64,000 bases of DNA from Candidatus Hydrogenedentota bacterium (GCA_963668025.2 CAXXTH010000010.1:544001-608000); one strand, 5' to 3'. Positions 39,059-49,166 are shown, counted from the stretch's first letter. The notes: generated by a model not told the origin, from the letters alone. Made by a program: numbers and translations.

Positions 39059-39724
39059 CTACGCCGCGGAAGTAAGGTAATCAAGAGCCCCTTGCGGATC
39101 GGGCGAATAGGCATCCGCGCCAATTTTATCCGCGAACTCTTGCGTCAGCGGCGCGCCGCCCACGACGACCTTCGTGCCGGGGGCCGCTTCTTTGATCATG
39201 GACACGGTTTTTTCCATGTTCACCATGGTCGTGGTCAGCAAAGCGCTCAATCCGACGCATGCGCCTGGATTCTCTTTCACCGCCGCGACGAATTTCTCCG
39301 CGGACACATCGACGCCGAGATCGACGACCTTGTATCCGCCGCCTTCCATCACCATCGCCACGAGATTCTTGCCGATGTCGTGCAGATCGCCCTGGACGGT
39401 GCCGATAATGAAGATGCCTTTATGGACGGCCGCGCCCGAATCGAAGAAGGGGCGCAGGTGCGCCATGGCGGCTTGCATGGACTTGGCGGCCATGAGCACA
39501 TCCGGCACGAACACTTTGTTCTCGCTGAATTTCTTGCCGATGCGGCCCATGCCCACGATGAGAGCCTGTTCGAGAATATCCGAAGGCGCTACATTTTCCT
39601 CGATGGCCTTTTTCACCAGCTCATCAGCGCCATCTTGGCCTTTGAGGTCGGGAGGATACGGAGACGCCGCATTCACCTTGCCCCGTTCGATGCACATTGC
39701 GATTTTTTCAAGCAGTTCTGACAT
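39059..39724 (-). CDS. Corrinoid (B12-binding) methyl-carrier protein, MtbC/MetH-like
   Basis: Cap domain FVPDVLMAA, GTVQGDLHDIGKNLV (DxHxxG), LSALLTTT and VGGAP. Confidence 0.93.
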   Translation of the reverse strand: MSELLEKIAMCIERGKVNAASPYPPDLKGQDGADELVKKAIEENVAPSDILEQALIVGMGRIGKKFSENKVFVPDVLMAAKSMQAAMAHLRPFFDSGAAVHKGIFIIGTVQGDLHDIGKNLVAMVMEGGGYKVVDLGVDVSAEKFVAAVKENPGACVGLSALLTTTMVNMEKTVSMIKEAAPGTKVVVGGAPLTQEFADKIGADAYSPDPQGALDYLTSAA

Positions 39725-39757
39725 GGTCCTACCCCTTGTTGTTGCCGGTACTGTTGC

Positions 39758-40831
39758 CTAATATTGCCCTAATTCTAATCCACGATCAACAAAATACTTA
39801 TAACTCTCATATTCAACTTGGTCTGGAATCGAATGGTCGGAGTGCAGCACATATCCAAAATTCTTCTTTACAGCGGGGATTTTAGAAATCAATTCATGTT
39901 CTATTTCCTTATGGTTATTAGTGTACAGTTTGCGCACATCCATGCCGCCCATGAACGAAAGACGCTCTCCAAAATCATGATGAAGTTTAAGCAAATCCAT
40001 TCCTGCCTTCACCTCGATGACTTGCAGGCAATCTATCCCCGCCTCGATCAGCCCAGGCACCAGCGGCTCGACATACCCGCAGGAATGGAGCACCACGGGC
40101 AGATTCCGGCTCTTGGCGTATTGAATGGTCTTCTTGTGGCCCGGCTGGACAATTTCTTTGTACATCTCGGGGGACATAAACGGGCGGCCCTTGAAGCCCA
40201 TGTCCTCATAATACCAAATGCCGTCAGGCTCCCCTTCCTCCGCGAAGAGTATCTCCTGCAAATCGATGATCAACTGCGCATACGTATTAACCATGTCCTT
40301 CACCCAATCGGGATCCAGCGCCATGCCCATCAGCATATATTCATGCCCGCAGACCGGATGCATGGACTCGAAGACATTGACTCCGCATAAACAGAAGAAA
40401 CGGCCTTTTTCGCGCGCATGGGCGCGCGCGTTTCGATATGCCTGAAAATCGATTCGGCTGCGCTCTGGGGTAAGGTATGGTTTAATGTGTTCTTCCCACC
40501 CTGCGCGTTCCCGGACGAGAAAATCCACGTGCTCAGGGGTGGCGTCGTGATGCTTATGCCGCCGGAGCAACGCCCCATTGCCATCACGTACGAGAATGGT
40601 GTCCTCTGTCTCCTCCACGACTTGCGGCTCGAAATCAAGTTTCGCGACGGCGTTGAAAGCTGCACAATTCTCCATATCATGCCCGAAATGATCCGCCAGC
40701 GATTCACCTTCACGAATATGGCCTTCTTCTTGCCACTTTTTTTGTGTATCGCCCCAAAAATGCTCCATGAGGCCGATGCGGTCCACCGGCTTGCGCTTTA
40801 AGATATTATGAATGCGTTCGATGCTGTTCAT
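39758..40831 (-). CDS. Uroporphyrinogen-decarboxylase/MtaA-fold protein (paralog 2)
   Basis: MNSIERI...PVDR, YEDMGFKGRPFMSP, LHSCG and GYVLHSDHSIP. Confidence 0.87.
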   Translation of the reverse strand: MNSIERIHNILKRKPVDRIGLMEHFWGDTQKKWQEEGHIREGESLADHFGHDMENCAAFNAVAKLDFEPQVVEETEDTILVRDGNGALLRRHKHHDATPEHVDFLVRERAGWEEHIKPYLTPERSRIDFQAYRNARAHAREKGRFFCLCGVNVFESMHPVCGHEYMLMGMALDPDWVKDMVNTYAQLIIDLQEILFAEEGEPDGIWYYEDMGFKGRPFMSPEMYKEIVQPGHKKTIQYAKSRNLPVVLHSCGYVEPLVPGLIEAGIDCLQVIEVKAGMDLLKLHHDFGERLSFMGGMDVRKLYTNNHKEIEHELISKIPAVKKNFGYVLHSDHSIPDQVEYESYKYFVDRGLELGQY

Positions 40832-40852
40832 GGCATGAATACTCCGTTTTTT

Positions 40853-42031
40853 CTAGTATCGTGGCTCGCCACCCGTACGGAACAAAGCGCGTTTGCGGTC
40901 TAAATAATAGCGGTAATTGTCGTATGTCACGTCGGCCGGGACACGATGGTCTACGCCAGGAAGGAAGCCGCCTTGCTCGACGAACGGCTTGATGCGGAGC
41001 AGCTCCGCGTCGATGGCATCGCGCCCTTTCAGCAAGGCCATTTTATCCACACCGCCCCACAGGCGAATCCGGCGGCCATACCGCTCGCGCAGCAGCGCCG
41101 GATCGGAGCCGCCATGCACCTCGACCGGAAACATGGTATTGACGCCATTGGAAACGAGCGTATCCACGATGGGCATGATGTTCCCGTCCGAGTCCGTGGT
41201 ATAAACGCAACAGCCGTGCTGCACGAGCAAATCCGCGATGCGGCGGTACCATGGCCCCGCCACCGCGCCGTACATCTCCGGAGTGACCACGGGGCCTTGG
41301 TTGAAACAAATATCCTCCCAGCCCATGCAGAAGTCCACCTGCATGAGTGGAAGCGTATATTCGAGCACACGGCAGATGCAGTGGCCGAAGGTATCGACGA
41401 TATCTTGGAAGAGTTCCGGGTCGGTATACGGCAAGACCGCTATGTTCTCGAAACCAACCAGATTCCGGGCGGTGCCCACGAGGCTGCCGCCAGGAATGCC
41501 CACCGGGCCCGGCCAGTTTTGGAGCTGTTTCACTGCCGCTTTCGCGGACTCCACCCGGTCGGGATCTTCGGGATTTAAACCTGCTTTATACGGCTCCCAC
41601 GTCGCGCGGTCTTTTACGGGATACTCGAGATAGTGCGGGATGGATTGATGGCCATGCTTATTGATGCACGACACCACGCCCAAGGTGTCTCGCGTGGTGA
41701 TGTAATCATCCGTCTCTTCGAGAACGGCCTGCTCCATAATGCCTTTGAGCCAGACGCCCGCCGGAAGCATGGCCCAATTCTCGATGCCAAAAAATGTATA
41801 GGCGGTCTCTTCATCGACGACCCACGAGGGCATGCCCTGTGCGCGCCATTCGGCCAAGGTTTCCGCCCAATAGCCGAATTCAAAATTCGGCAGCGCATCC
41901 ACCTCCTGGAAGAACATGGCGCAGCGGAACCGCTCTTTAAGCCCCACTGCTCCCGCCGTTGAAGCCTCTTTTATATGAACACTGGAAAGCCGCGCCTCCA
42001 GCGCTTCCACGGAAAATTCCTCGGCATCCAT
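40853..42031 (-). CDS. Uroporphyrinogen-decarboxylase/MtaA-fold protein (paralog 1)
   Basis: WEDICFNQGPVVTP, TDSDGN, WGGVDK and GGFLPGVDHRVP. AGGAG RBS. Confidence 0.85.
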   Translation of the reverse strand: MDAEEFSVEALEARLSSVHIKEASTAGAVGLKERFRCAMFFQEVDALPNFEFGYWAETLAEWRAQGMPSWVVDEETAYTFFGIENWAMLPAGVWLKGIMEQAVLEETDDYITTRDTLGVVSCINKHGHQSIPHYLEYPVKDRATWEPYKAGLNPEDPDRVESAKAAVKQLQNWPGPVGIPGGSLVGTARNLVGFENIAVLPYTDPELFQDIVDTFGHCICRVLEYTLPLMQVDFCMGWEDICFNQGPVVTPEMYGAVAGPWYRRIADLLVQHGCCVYTTDSDGNIMPIVDTLVSNGVNTMFPVEVHGGSDPALLRERYGRRIRLWGGVDKMALLKGRDAIDAELLRIKPFVEQGGFLPGVDHRVPADVTYDNYRYYLDRKRALFRTGGEPRY

Positions 42032-42112
42032 CTTACCAGCTCCTGCCCGCAGGCCCTGCTTGTGCGCATCAGTTGCTATGGAACCGCCCCTGTCCGCACT
42101 GCTTGGGGCGGT

Positions 42113-42141
42113 ATCCTACCTGCTAAATCCATCTATTTCAA
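42113..42141 (-). promoter_or_regulatory. Putative sigma70 promoter of the URO-D/corrinoid operon
   Basis: TTGAAA-17 bp-TAGGAT, followed by hairpin ACCGCCCC/GGGGCGGT (42083-42112). Confidence 0.55.
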
Positions 42142-42554
42142 GAAAAAGTCCCATTTAGAATAATTGCATAAAATGCCATAAAAGCAAGCAATAGATGCTT
42201 GCAAAGCAGTGTGCGGGTGGGTACCTCGCAAAGACCAGCACAGCACATCACAGCACAACATAACATAGCCGCCGCTTGAAGGGCAAGACTGGCCCCCGCC
42301 AGGGCAATTACATCAAAAATCCCCTTGTTTTCACCCTTTATCACGGGAAGATCCCCATCTTGTTGCCCACACATAACCGGAATTCCGTTATTTGGCGGAA
42401 GGAGGGCCTCAGAAGGCATAATTGACATATAGATAATAGTTATACCATATTGTCACAAATAAAAAAGTGCTCGAAAGCGAGTTTTGCATACTAATGAATC
42501 CGCATATAGTATAAGGCTTTGTTTTTGTCCACCCGAATACCTGGAGGCAAGCCC

Positions 42555-43700
42555 ATGCCGCACGAGCAGTTTGACCGGCGCCAATTGCAGATCCTTTCCA
42601 TTGAAGAACGCTCTAACAAGGTGTGCATCGAGAGAGATCATATACCTGTCACCGCGCGGCCGCGCCACTTGGACAGCATAAGCGAAGCCCTTATCGAGGA
42701 AACCGCCCAGCGCCTGCTCGCGGCGCGCGAGGCAGGCCGGCCCCGTATGATGGCCTTCGGCGCGCATTCCATAAAAAATGGCCTGGTGCGCGTGTTCACC
42801 CGGTTAATCGAGTCTGGCTGGATTACCCATCTGGCGACCAACGGCGCGGGGATTATCCATGACTGGGAATTCGCCTATTTGGGTTCAAGCAGCGAGGATG
42901 TGCGCGCGAATGTGGCGCAAGGCCGTTTTGGCATTTGGCGCGAGACGGGATACTACCTGAACCTAGCCATTCTCGTGGGGGCGTATGATGGCCTGGGATA
43001 CGGCGAAAGCGTGGGGCGCATGGTGGAGCAAGAAGGCCTGCAAATACCTTCTAAGCAAGCACTTAAAGAAGCCATATTCGCGAGCCTCGATACCGGGCCC
43101 GGCCGGGCGGGGGCGGCGTGCGATCTGCTCGAGGCCATCCAAGCCCATGATGTTCCCGCTGGATGGATGGCCATTCCGCATCCTTATAAGGCGTACGGCC
43201 TGCAAGCCGCCGCCTACCGGCTCGGTGTTCCTTTCACTGGGCATCCGATGATAGGCCATGATATTATCTACACCCACCCCATGAATCATTGCGCGGCCAT
43301 TGGACGGGCGGCGCAGCGCGATTTTCTCGCATTCGCCCATGGCGTGCAGAATATCGATAGCGGCGTATATTTGAGCGTGGGCTCCGCTGTTATGTCGCCG
43401 ATGATCTTCGAAAAATCGCTTTCCATGGCCCAAAATCTCGCCTTAGCCAGCGGAAAGCGCATCGAGAACCATTATATGCTCGTAGTGGATTTGCAGCCTT
43501 CCCATTGGGATTGGCGGCAAGGCGAACCGCCGGAAAACAATCCCGATTATTATCTGCGCTATTGCAAAACCTTCGCCCGCATGGGCGGAACCATGCGCTA
43601 CCTTAGTGCGGATAACCGGGATTTCCTGCTTGCGCTCGTACAGCGGCTCGAAAACATCCCGCCGGATGCAGGCTGGAAGAATCGTGGAGGGGGCCATTAA
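42555..43700 (+). CDS. Deoxyhypusine-synthase-like fold protein of unknown function (GSU2086-like)
   Basis: FGAHSIKNGL, HLATNGAGIIHDWE, GHDIIYTHP and YLSVGSAVMSP. ATG at 42555 with GGAGG RBS. Confidence 0.7.
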   Translation: MPHEQFDRRQLQILSIEERSNKVCIERDHIPVTARPRHLDSISEALIEETAQRLLAAREAGRPRMMAFGAHSIKNGLVRVFTRLIESGWITHLATNGAGIIHDWEFAYLGSSSEDVRANVAQGRFGIWRETGYYLNLAILVGAYDGLGYGESVGRMVEQEGLQIPSKQALKEAIFASLDTGPGRAGAACDLLEAIQAHDVPAGWMAIPHPYKAYGLQAAAYRLGVPFTGHPMIGHDIIYTHPMNHCAAIGRAAQRDFLAFAHGVQNIDSGVYLSVGSAVMSPMIFEKSLSMAQNLALASGKRIENHYMLVVDLQPSHWDWRQGEPPENNPDYYLRYCKTFARMGGTMRYLSADNRDFLLALVQRLENIPPDAGWKNRGGGH

Positions 43701-43735
43701 AGACCGTGAACGAATCGGGCTTGCTTCATGGCCTG

Positions 43736-45520
43736 TCAAGAAACGGCAAAATAGACCGTAAATATCGAGCCTTTTCCCTGTTCGCTCTGGACGGTAATGG
43801 CTCCATTATGCCCCCGGACAATCCCCAAGGCGGCCGCTAAACCTAATCCCCGGCCCGCGAACTTCGTCGTGAAGAAGGGATCAAAAAGATTGGCGCGGGT
43901 CTCGGCATCAATGCCGTGGCCCGTATCAGCCACTTCACAAAAGACATAGCTGCCCTCCCGGAGGTTTTCTTTTAACCATGCCCCGGAAAAAGTGGCGGCG
44001 CCGCACCATCGCTGGCCTGTAGTGACTCGGATGACGCCGCCCTTGGAATCAAGCGCTTCCCATGCATTCACCACCAGGTTGAGGAGCACTTGCTGAAGCT
44101 GGCTAATGTCGCCATTAATCGTAGGTAAATCCGGCTCCAGTATAAATTCGATGGTGGCCAGGGGCGGGGCGGAAGCGTGCAACAATCCCATGATCTCTTC
44201 CACCAGCTTGCTGAGGTGTATCGGGCGCACGATGCCTGGATCTTTACCTACATACGAGCGCATCTGGGAAGCAATGTTTGAAGCCCTGTCTGTAGCGGTC
44301 TTTATCTGGGCCAGCCAATTCTGTTCTGGCCTGTCTGCTTGTAATTTGAGCTGGAGCAATTCGGTGCATCCCGAAATGATCTGCAGCAAGTTGTTAAAAT
44401 CATGGGCGATTCCCCCGGCCATGATTCCCAGGCTCTCGAGCTTTTGGGTCTGCCACAATCGCTGCTCCATGAGCCGCTGCTCATGCAAGGCGTTTTGTTG
44501 CTCGGTGATATTCCGTATAAGCAATAAACGCCCCGATGACATGCCGTGCGGCAAGTGGAGGTCATTAATAGAGACATCAATCCATAAAGGCGCATGATTA
44601 ATGGAAGCTTCCACAACGGAATGGCCAGAAGTGCTCATACATGCGCGCTGAAGGGTGGGCCAGCGGCTTAATACAGAAGAAAGCCCTTGGCCTATATCAG
44701 CGGCGGAAAAACCGAGCATCTCTTGTGCGGCGCGGTTCATATCGACTAAGCGCTCGCGATTATCTATGACCAATACGGCGTCAGATAATTCTTGAAACAA
44801 GACATCATGCGCGATTGGCAAGAGATCCAGCAACCGCCAGCGATAAATGCTCCATGCCATCAGGAAGCAGGATACCGCGAACGCCATCGGTGTTAAATCC
44901 ACATATGGCAATGGCGTAATGCGCAAGACATATGCGATGTTCGTGACGCTTGGAATCAAGATGGCGCACATCAACACTAGGTATTGCTTTCGGAATGGCT
45001 GGGCCGAGCGCAGCATGGTGCGCAACAAACACCAGCTACCCACCAACAAAAATACATAGCTGTATGAAGCATTTAAAAAAAACGCCCAGCCATGCCCATA
45101 TTGAATGATGGCGTTTGGCTCATATGTTCTCGCTTCAATAGAAGGCCAGACCCACCCGTGCCATTCGTTCGTGAACACCAAGATAAGCATCGCCAAAGGC
45201 CACAGCCAAAGCCAAACGGCCCTCCGCCCCGAAAAAAACGTAGGCCTTCCAGAATATTGCAACGCGAACAACAGCCAGCAAGGCGGAATACTGACAATGC
45301 CAATATAGGATAGTTTGGAGCAGACAATCTTGATTATAAGGCTCGGAATGCCGAACTCGCACGCCTCCGCAATCGCCCATAGCGTAGCGCTGCACATCAT
45401 AAGCAGGAGATATTTCGCGCCGGGGGCGGCGCGGCGGCCCCAGATATACGCCGCCGCAATCAAGGCTATTATCGCCGCGGCCGATTGCCAAACGACATAT
45501 ATCCAAGCTTCCACGCTCAA
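43736..45520 (-). CDS. HisKA_7TM-PAS sensor histidine kinase (start codon uncertain)
   Basis: Seven hydrophobic segments with TNEWH and DLTP motifs, a PAS domain, [18 protein letters not shown] and FDPFFTTKFAGRGLGL. Confidence 0.9.
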   Translation of the reverse strand: MSVEAWIYVVWQSAAAIIALIAAAYIWGRRAAPGAKYLLLMMCSATLWAIAEACEFGIPSLIIKIVCSKLSYIGIVSIPPCWLLFALQYSGRPTFFSGRRAVWLWLWPLAMLILVFTNEWHGWVWPSIEARTYEPNAIIQYGHGWAFFLNASYSYVFLLVGSWCLLRTMLRSAQPFRKQYLVLMCAILIPSVTNIAYVLRITPLPYVDLTPMAFAVSCFLMAWSIYRWRLLDLLPIAHDVLFQELSDAVLVIDNRERLVDMNRAAQEMLGFSAADIGQGLSSVLSRWPTLQRACMSTSGHSVVEASINHAPLWIDVSINDLHLPHGMSSGRLLLIRNITEQQNALHEQRLMEQRLWQTQKLESLGIMAGGIAHDFNNLLQIISGCTELLQLKLQADRPEQNWLAQIKTATDRASNIASQMRSYVGKDPGIVRPIHLSKLVEEIMGLLHASAPPLATIEFILEPDLPTINGDISQLQQVLLNLVVNAWEALDSKGGVIRVTTGQRWCGAATFSGAWLKENLREGSYVFCEVADTGHGIDAETRANLFDPFFTTKFAGRGLGLAAALGIVRGHNGAITVQSEQGKGSIFTVYFAVS

Positions 45521-45708
45521 TGGAAAAATAACATCCTTATTAGCGGCTCGCCTAACATGGCGTGGGAAAAAGACGCCTCCGGGAAAGTATAAAAGAATCT
45601 CCCGAATATAGCCCCTTTCATCACCCACCACGCCATTTCATTCCGGAATTATACTCGGAAATACACGACCGTGCGTAGAACCAATCCCCATGCTGGGGAA
45701 TGGGTCTC

Positions 45709-46071
45709 TCAGGAAGGCTCCTTGCCGTCTGGATCCCGTTTTTTTAGGGTGCTGGCGGCACGGCGTTGGTTCCGCCGGGAGGTCTTCCCGCTCCGGACGC
45801 CCAGCGTAAGCACGCCCACGCCGGTACAGGCCACGCCGAGCAAAATTAGCGCCCATGTGCCCGCGGCGGGCAACTCTGATGCCAGCAAACTCGGATAGCC
45901 AAGAGAATGCGGGGAAGCAGCTTCATGGAGATATGCCTGCGCAGTCGCGCTGGAAATGCCTCCCACGCCAAACGACGCCGCTACGGCTTCGGGTGGAAAA
46001 ACCAGCAGCACAACGGCGCACAACCCATAGAACAGCCCATATGCGCGGCGGGGGAAATCTGTCATTTCCAT
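45709..46071 (-). CDS. Small exported protein with C-terminal sorting-signal-like anchor
   Basis: Signal peptide ending AVA-A, short linker, then ELPAAG, a transmembrane helix and a basic tail. Confidence 0.5.
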   Translation of the reverse strand: MEMTDFPRRAYGLFYGLCAVVLLVFPPEAVAASFGVGGISSATAQAYLHEAASPHSLGYPSLLASELPAAGTWALILLGVACTGVGVLTLGVRSGKTSRRNQRRAASTLKKRDPDGKEPS

Positions 46072-46327
46072 ATCCTTCATGCGTTTTAGATGAATCTCCT
46101 GCGGCTGCATGCCATAGCAGGCGTATCGGACTGGCCTGCGGCAAACTCCGCCTCATGATGAAAGCCGTTCGCATTTCAAAGCGAACCCGGCTAATATCAG
46201 TAGATATATTATACGCCAAACCGTTCAAAATCATTTTCTCTTGCGTCGCGGCTCAAATAGCCATGGCCCAGATATAATGGCCATGCGCACCAGTGCACGC
46301 ATGAGCAGGCTTTAGGAAGCAAGAAAC

Positions 46328-47200
46328 ATGACGCCGGACGAATTCGGGTTCACGTGGGAACAGACGCCACCGGTCGCACCTGCCCTGATGAGCACAAGAT
46401 ACCAGCACCTCATCGAGAAAGGCTCGCTCGTGCGACGCCAGCATCCCGCATGGCTTATCGAATATGCGTATAGCCGCATGGGCTCATATCGCGTGGTTTC
46501 GCCCACGCGCCCATGGCGCGTATGGGAAGCCCAGACCGCCCATCTGTTTCCTCCCGGCGCTACCCGGTGGGAAGACACCCATGGAGCCGATGAAACCTTG
46601 AAGCACTGCGCCTGCGTCGCGTTCAGTGGCGGCGATGCGGCAGGTTTATCGAAGCTGATTCTACCACGATATCATTTCGCCCGGTTTCTGGATCCCGATG
46701 GGGCGATGGGAGAGCTTATTGAACAGATAGCCCGGACAGGCCACCAATTGCGCGAAGAAGGCTTTTGGCGCGCCCAGGGCTTGCTTTGTGCTCTTTTCGA
46801 TATGATGCTGTGCAACGCCACATACATCGAGCACGAAACATGGCTCATTAGCGAAGGCCCGCACATGAAAAGGCCTTCGCTTCTGGTGCAAGACGCCGAG
46901 CAATATATGCTTGCGCATTTGGCCGAGCCTGTATCCTTGCAAAGCATGGCGCATCACCTCAACGTGAGCATCTCTTCTTTATCCCACCGTTTTAGGGAAG
47001 CAACCGGCCAATCCCCCATGGCGCGGCTCCGCCGCTTGCGCATTACGCTGGCAAAGTCGCTCTTGCTCCAAGGACAGCCGCTGAAGGACATCGCTTCCGC
47101 GGCGGGCTTCTGCGACGCTTTTCATCTATCGAAAGCCTTTAAAATCGAGGAAGGCGAGCCGCCCCGCCGTTATCTCGAGCGGCTGCGCGGACCCAAATGA
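46328..47200 (+). CDS. AraC-family transcriptional regulator
   Basis: C-terminal double HTH: LSHRFREATGQSP, IASAAGFCDAFHLSKAFK and PRRY. Confidence 0.9.
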   Translation: MTPDEFGFTWEQTPPVAPALMSTRYQHLIEKGSLVRRQHPAWLIEYAYSRMGSYRVVSPTRPWRVWEAQTAHLFPPGATRWEDTHGADETLKHCACVAFSGGDAAGLSKLILPRYHFARFLDPDGAMGELIEQIARTGHQLREEGFWRAQGLLCALFDMMLCNATYIEHETWLISEGPHMKRPSLLVQDAEQYMLAHLAEPVSLQSMAHHLNVSISSLSHRFREATGQSPMARLRRLRITLAKSLLLQGQPLKDIASAAGFCDAFHLSKAFKIEEGEPPRRYLERLRGPK

Positions 47201-47209
47201 AACCGGCCT

Positions 47210-47497
47210 TCACAAAGGCCCTTCCACGAATTCATGCAGCCGGTAAAAGACACTGCGGTCGTAATCATCCCGCAAGCGCACCTCGAGTACATCATAGAGT
47301 TTTTCAAGCTGGCTCATGACTTGAGGCAGCCGCTCGTCCTCGTCCACGAGCAAATACATTTGGCTGGTCCGCCCATCGCCCACCGGCCCGCAGAGGATGC
47401 CGTCTATGTTGAAGGCACGCCTCGAAAACATGCCCGTGATATGCGACATGACGCCCGCGTGGTTGTTCACGGCCAATTCGATGACAGGTTTACGCAT
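47210..47497 (-). CDS. ilvN: Acetolactate synthase small regulatory subunit (short IlvN type)
   Basis: ACT domain NHAGVMSHITGMFSRRAFNI...QLEKLYDV. Overlaps the ilvB stop codon. Confidence 0.88.
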   Translation of the reverse strand: MRKPVIELAVNNHAGVMSHITGMFSRRAFNIDGILCGPVGDGRTSQMYLLVDEDERLPQVMSQLEKLYDVLEVRLRDDYDRSVFYRLHEFVEGPL

Positions 47498-49166
47498 GAG
47501 CCAGTTCTCCTCCAATCATTTCCCGGTTCGCACCGCCCGGCGGCACCATGGGAAACACATTTTCCGCATAATGGATGGGCACATTGACCAGGCAAGGCCC
47601 GCGATGTTCGAAGGCGCGCGCCGCCATTTCCAACGGCTCGTTGGTTTCCGCCAAATCGAACGCCACTAAACCAAATCCCCGCGCTATCGCAGCGAAATCG
47701 GGCGCGGCATGAAATTTCGAGGCGATATAGCGCCCGCCATAAAACAATTCCTGTTGCTGCCGCACCAACCCTAGATGCTCGTTGTTCATGATGAAAACCT
47801 TCACATCCAAGTTCTGCTCCGCCAAGGTGGCCAATTCTTGGATATTCATCAAAATGGACCCGTCGCCGCTGACACACACCACACGCTGGCCGGGGCGCGA
47901 CAATGCCGCCCCAATCGCGGCGGGCAATCCAAAACCCATCGTGCCCAGGCCCGCCGAGGTTTGCAGCATGCGCGGGCGAGTGACCGGATACGCTTGTGCG
48001 GTCCACATCTGGTGCTGGCCGACATCCGTTGTGACAATGGCATCGGGCCCAGCCTGCGCGGCCAACTGGCGGATGAAATGTAGCGGGTGCAGCGGCTCGT
48101 CCGCCGGGGGCAGCACAAAGGGGAAAGCAGCACGCAATTCCGCGATGCGGTGGTTCCATTCGGGGCGTCCATCCCGGCGGACGCGCCCCAGGGCTTCCCG
48201 CAATACGACGCCCACATCGCCCATGATAGCCAGATTGGCCGCCTTGATCTTGCCAATCTCCGAGGGATCGATGTCCACATGCACGATATCCGCATGGCGG
48301 CAGAAATCGGCCACGCGGCCCGTAGCGCGGTCATCGAACCGGACGCCTAACGCCAGCAACAAGTCCGCTTCTTCAAGGGCTAAGTTGACATAACGCGCGC
48401 CATGCATCCCCAGCATGCCCAACCAAAGCGGATCATCGGGCGGAAACGCCCCCAGCCCCATCAAGGTCGAGACCACCGGAATGCCATTACAGCGCGCAAA
48501 ATCCGCCAAAGCTGCCGATGCGCCTGCGGCAATGACGCCGCCGCCCACGTACAGAACCGGGCGTTTCGCGGCGTGGAGCCTATCGAGCATGCGGCCCACG
48601 GCTTCCGTATCGCAGGGCGCCGAAGGCGCGGGCGCTCCCGGTTCGGGCCAGGCGTCGAACTCCACGGACTGGGTCTGCACATCCTTGGGCACGTCAATCA
48701 CGACAGGCCCCGGACGGCCCGATTCGGCGATGGCGAACGTCTGCGGGACCACATCGAGCAATTCCGCCGCACTGCGCACCATGAAGTTGTGCTTGGTGAT
48801 GGGCACGGTAAGGCCATAGGTGTCCACTTCTTGGAAGGCGTCCGTGCCGATCAGGCTGGTGGCGACCTGGCCCGTAATGGCGACCATGGGTATCGAATCG
48901 AGTTTCGCGTCGGCGATGGCCGTCAACAGGTTCGTCGCGCCGGGCCCGGAAGTCCCGAGGCACACCGCCGCGCGCCCCGTGGCCCGGGCCATGCCCTGGG
49001 CGATGAAGCCCGCGCCTTGTTCATGCCGCGCCAGCACGTGGCGGATGGCGCTTTCGCGCAAGGCGTCATAGAGCGGCAAATTGCATCCGCCGGGAATGCC
49101 TGCCACGGTATGGATGCCCTGCCGTTCGAGCAGCGCCGCGATGATCTGCGCGCCTGTCTTTCGCAT
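47490..49166 (-). CDS. ilvB: Acetolactate synthase large subunit
   Basis: RHEQGAGF, TSGPGATN, GTDAFQE, DVGQHQMW and ThDP motif GDGS...NN. GGAGG RBS. Confidence 0.95.
   Translation of the reverse strand: MRKTGAQIIAALLERQGIHTVAGIPGGCNLPLYDALRESAIRHVLARHEQGAGFIAQGMARATGRAAVCLGTSGPGATNLLTAIADAKLDSIPMVAITGQVATSLIGTDAFQEVDTYGLTVPITKHNFMVRSAAELLDVVPQTFAIAESGRPGPVVIDVPKDVQTQSVEFDAWPEPGAPAPSAPCDTEAVGRMLDRLHAAKRPVLYVGGGVIAAGASAALADFARCNGIPVVSTLMGLGAFPPDDPLWLGMLGMHGARYVNLALEEADLLLALGVRFDDRATGRVADFCRHADIVHVDIDPSEIGKIKAANLAIMGDVGVVLREALGRVRRDGRPEWNHRIAELRAAFPFVLPPADEPLHPLHFIRQLAAQAGPDAIVTTDVGQHQMWTAQAYPVTRPRMLQTSAGLGTMGFGLPAAIGAALSRPGQRVVCVSGDGSILMNIQELATLAEQNLDVKVFIMNNEHLGLVRQQQELFYGGRYIASKFHAAPDFAAIARGFGLVAFDLAETNEPLEMAARAFEHRGPCLVNVPIHYAENVFPMVPPGGANREMIGGELAHA

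Noticed and set aside
37950-42031. Annotation as hemE heme biosynthesis genes
   Set aside because: The HemE RQAGR motif is absent and the context is a corrinoid protein.
42236-42270. Degenerate CAGCA pentamer run and the Cys-rich 96-aa ORF across it
   Set aside because: Low-complexity intergenic sequence; the ORF has no RBS or recognisable motif.
42031-42420. Cobalamin riboswitch upstream of the corrinoid operon
   Set aside because: No B12-box or GGGAA/GCCACTG core found by eye, and the predicted 5' UTR is too short. An Rfam scan would settle it.
46200-46225. Sigma54 promoter for the small sorted protein
   Set aside because: TTGGCG is present on the minus strand but the -12 TTGC is missing.
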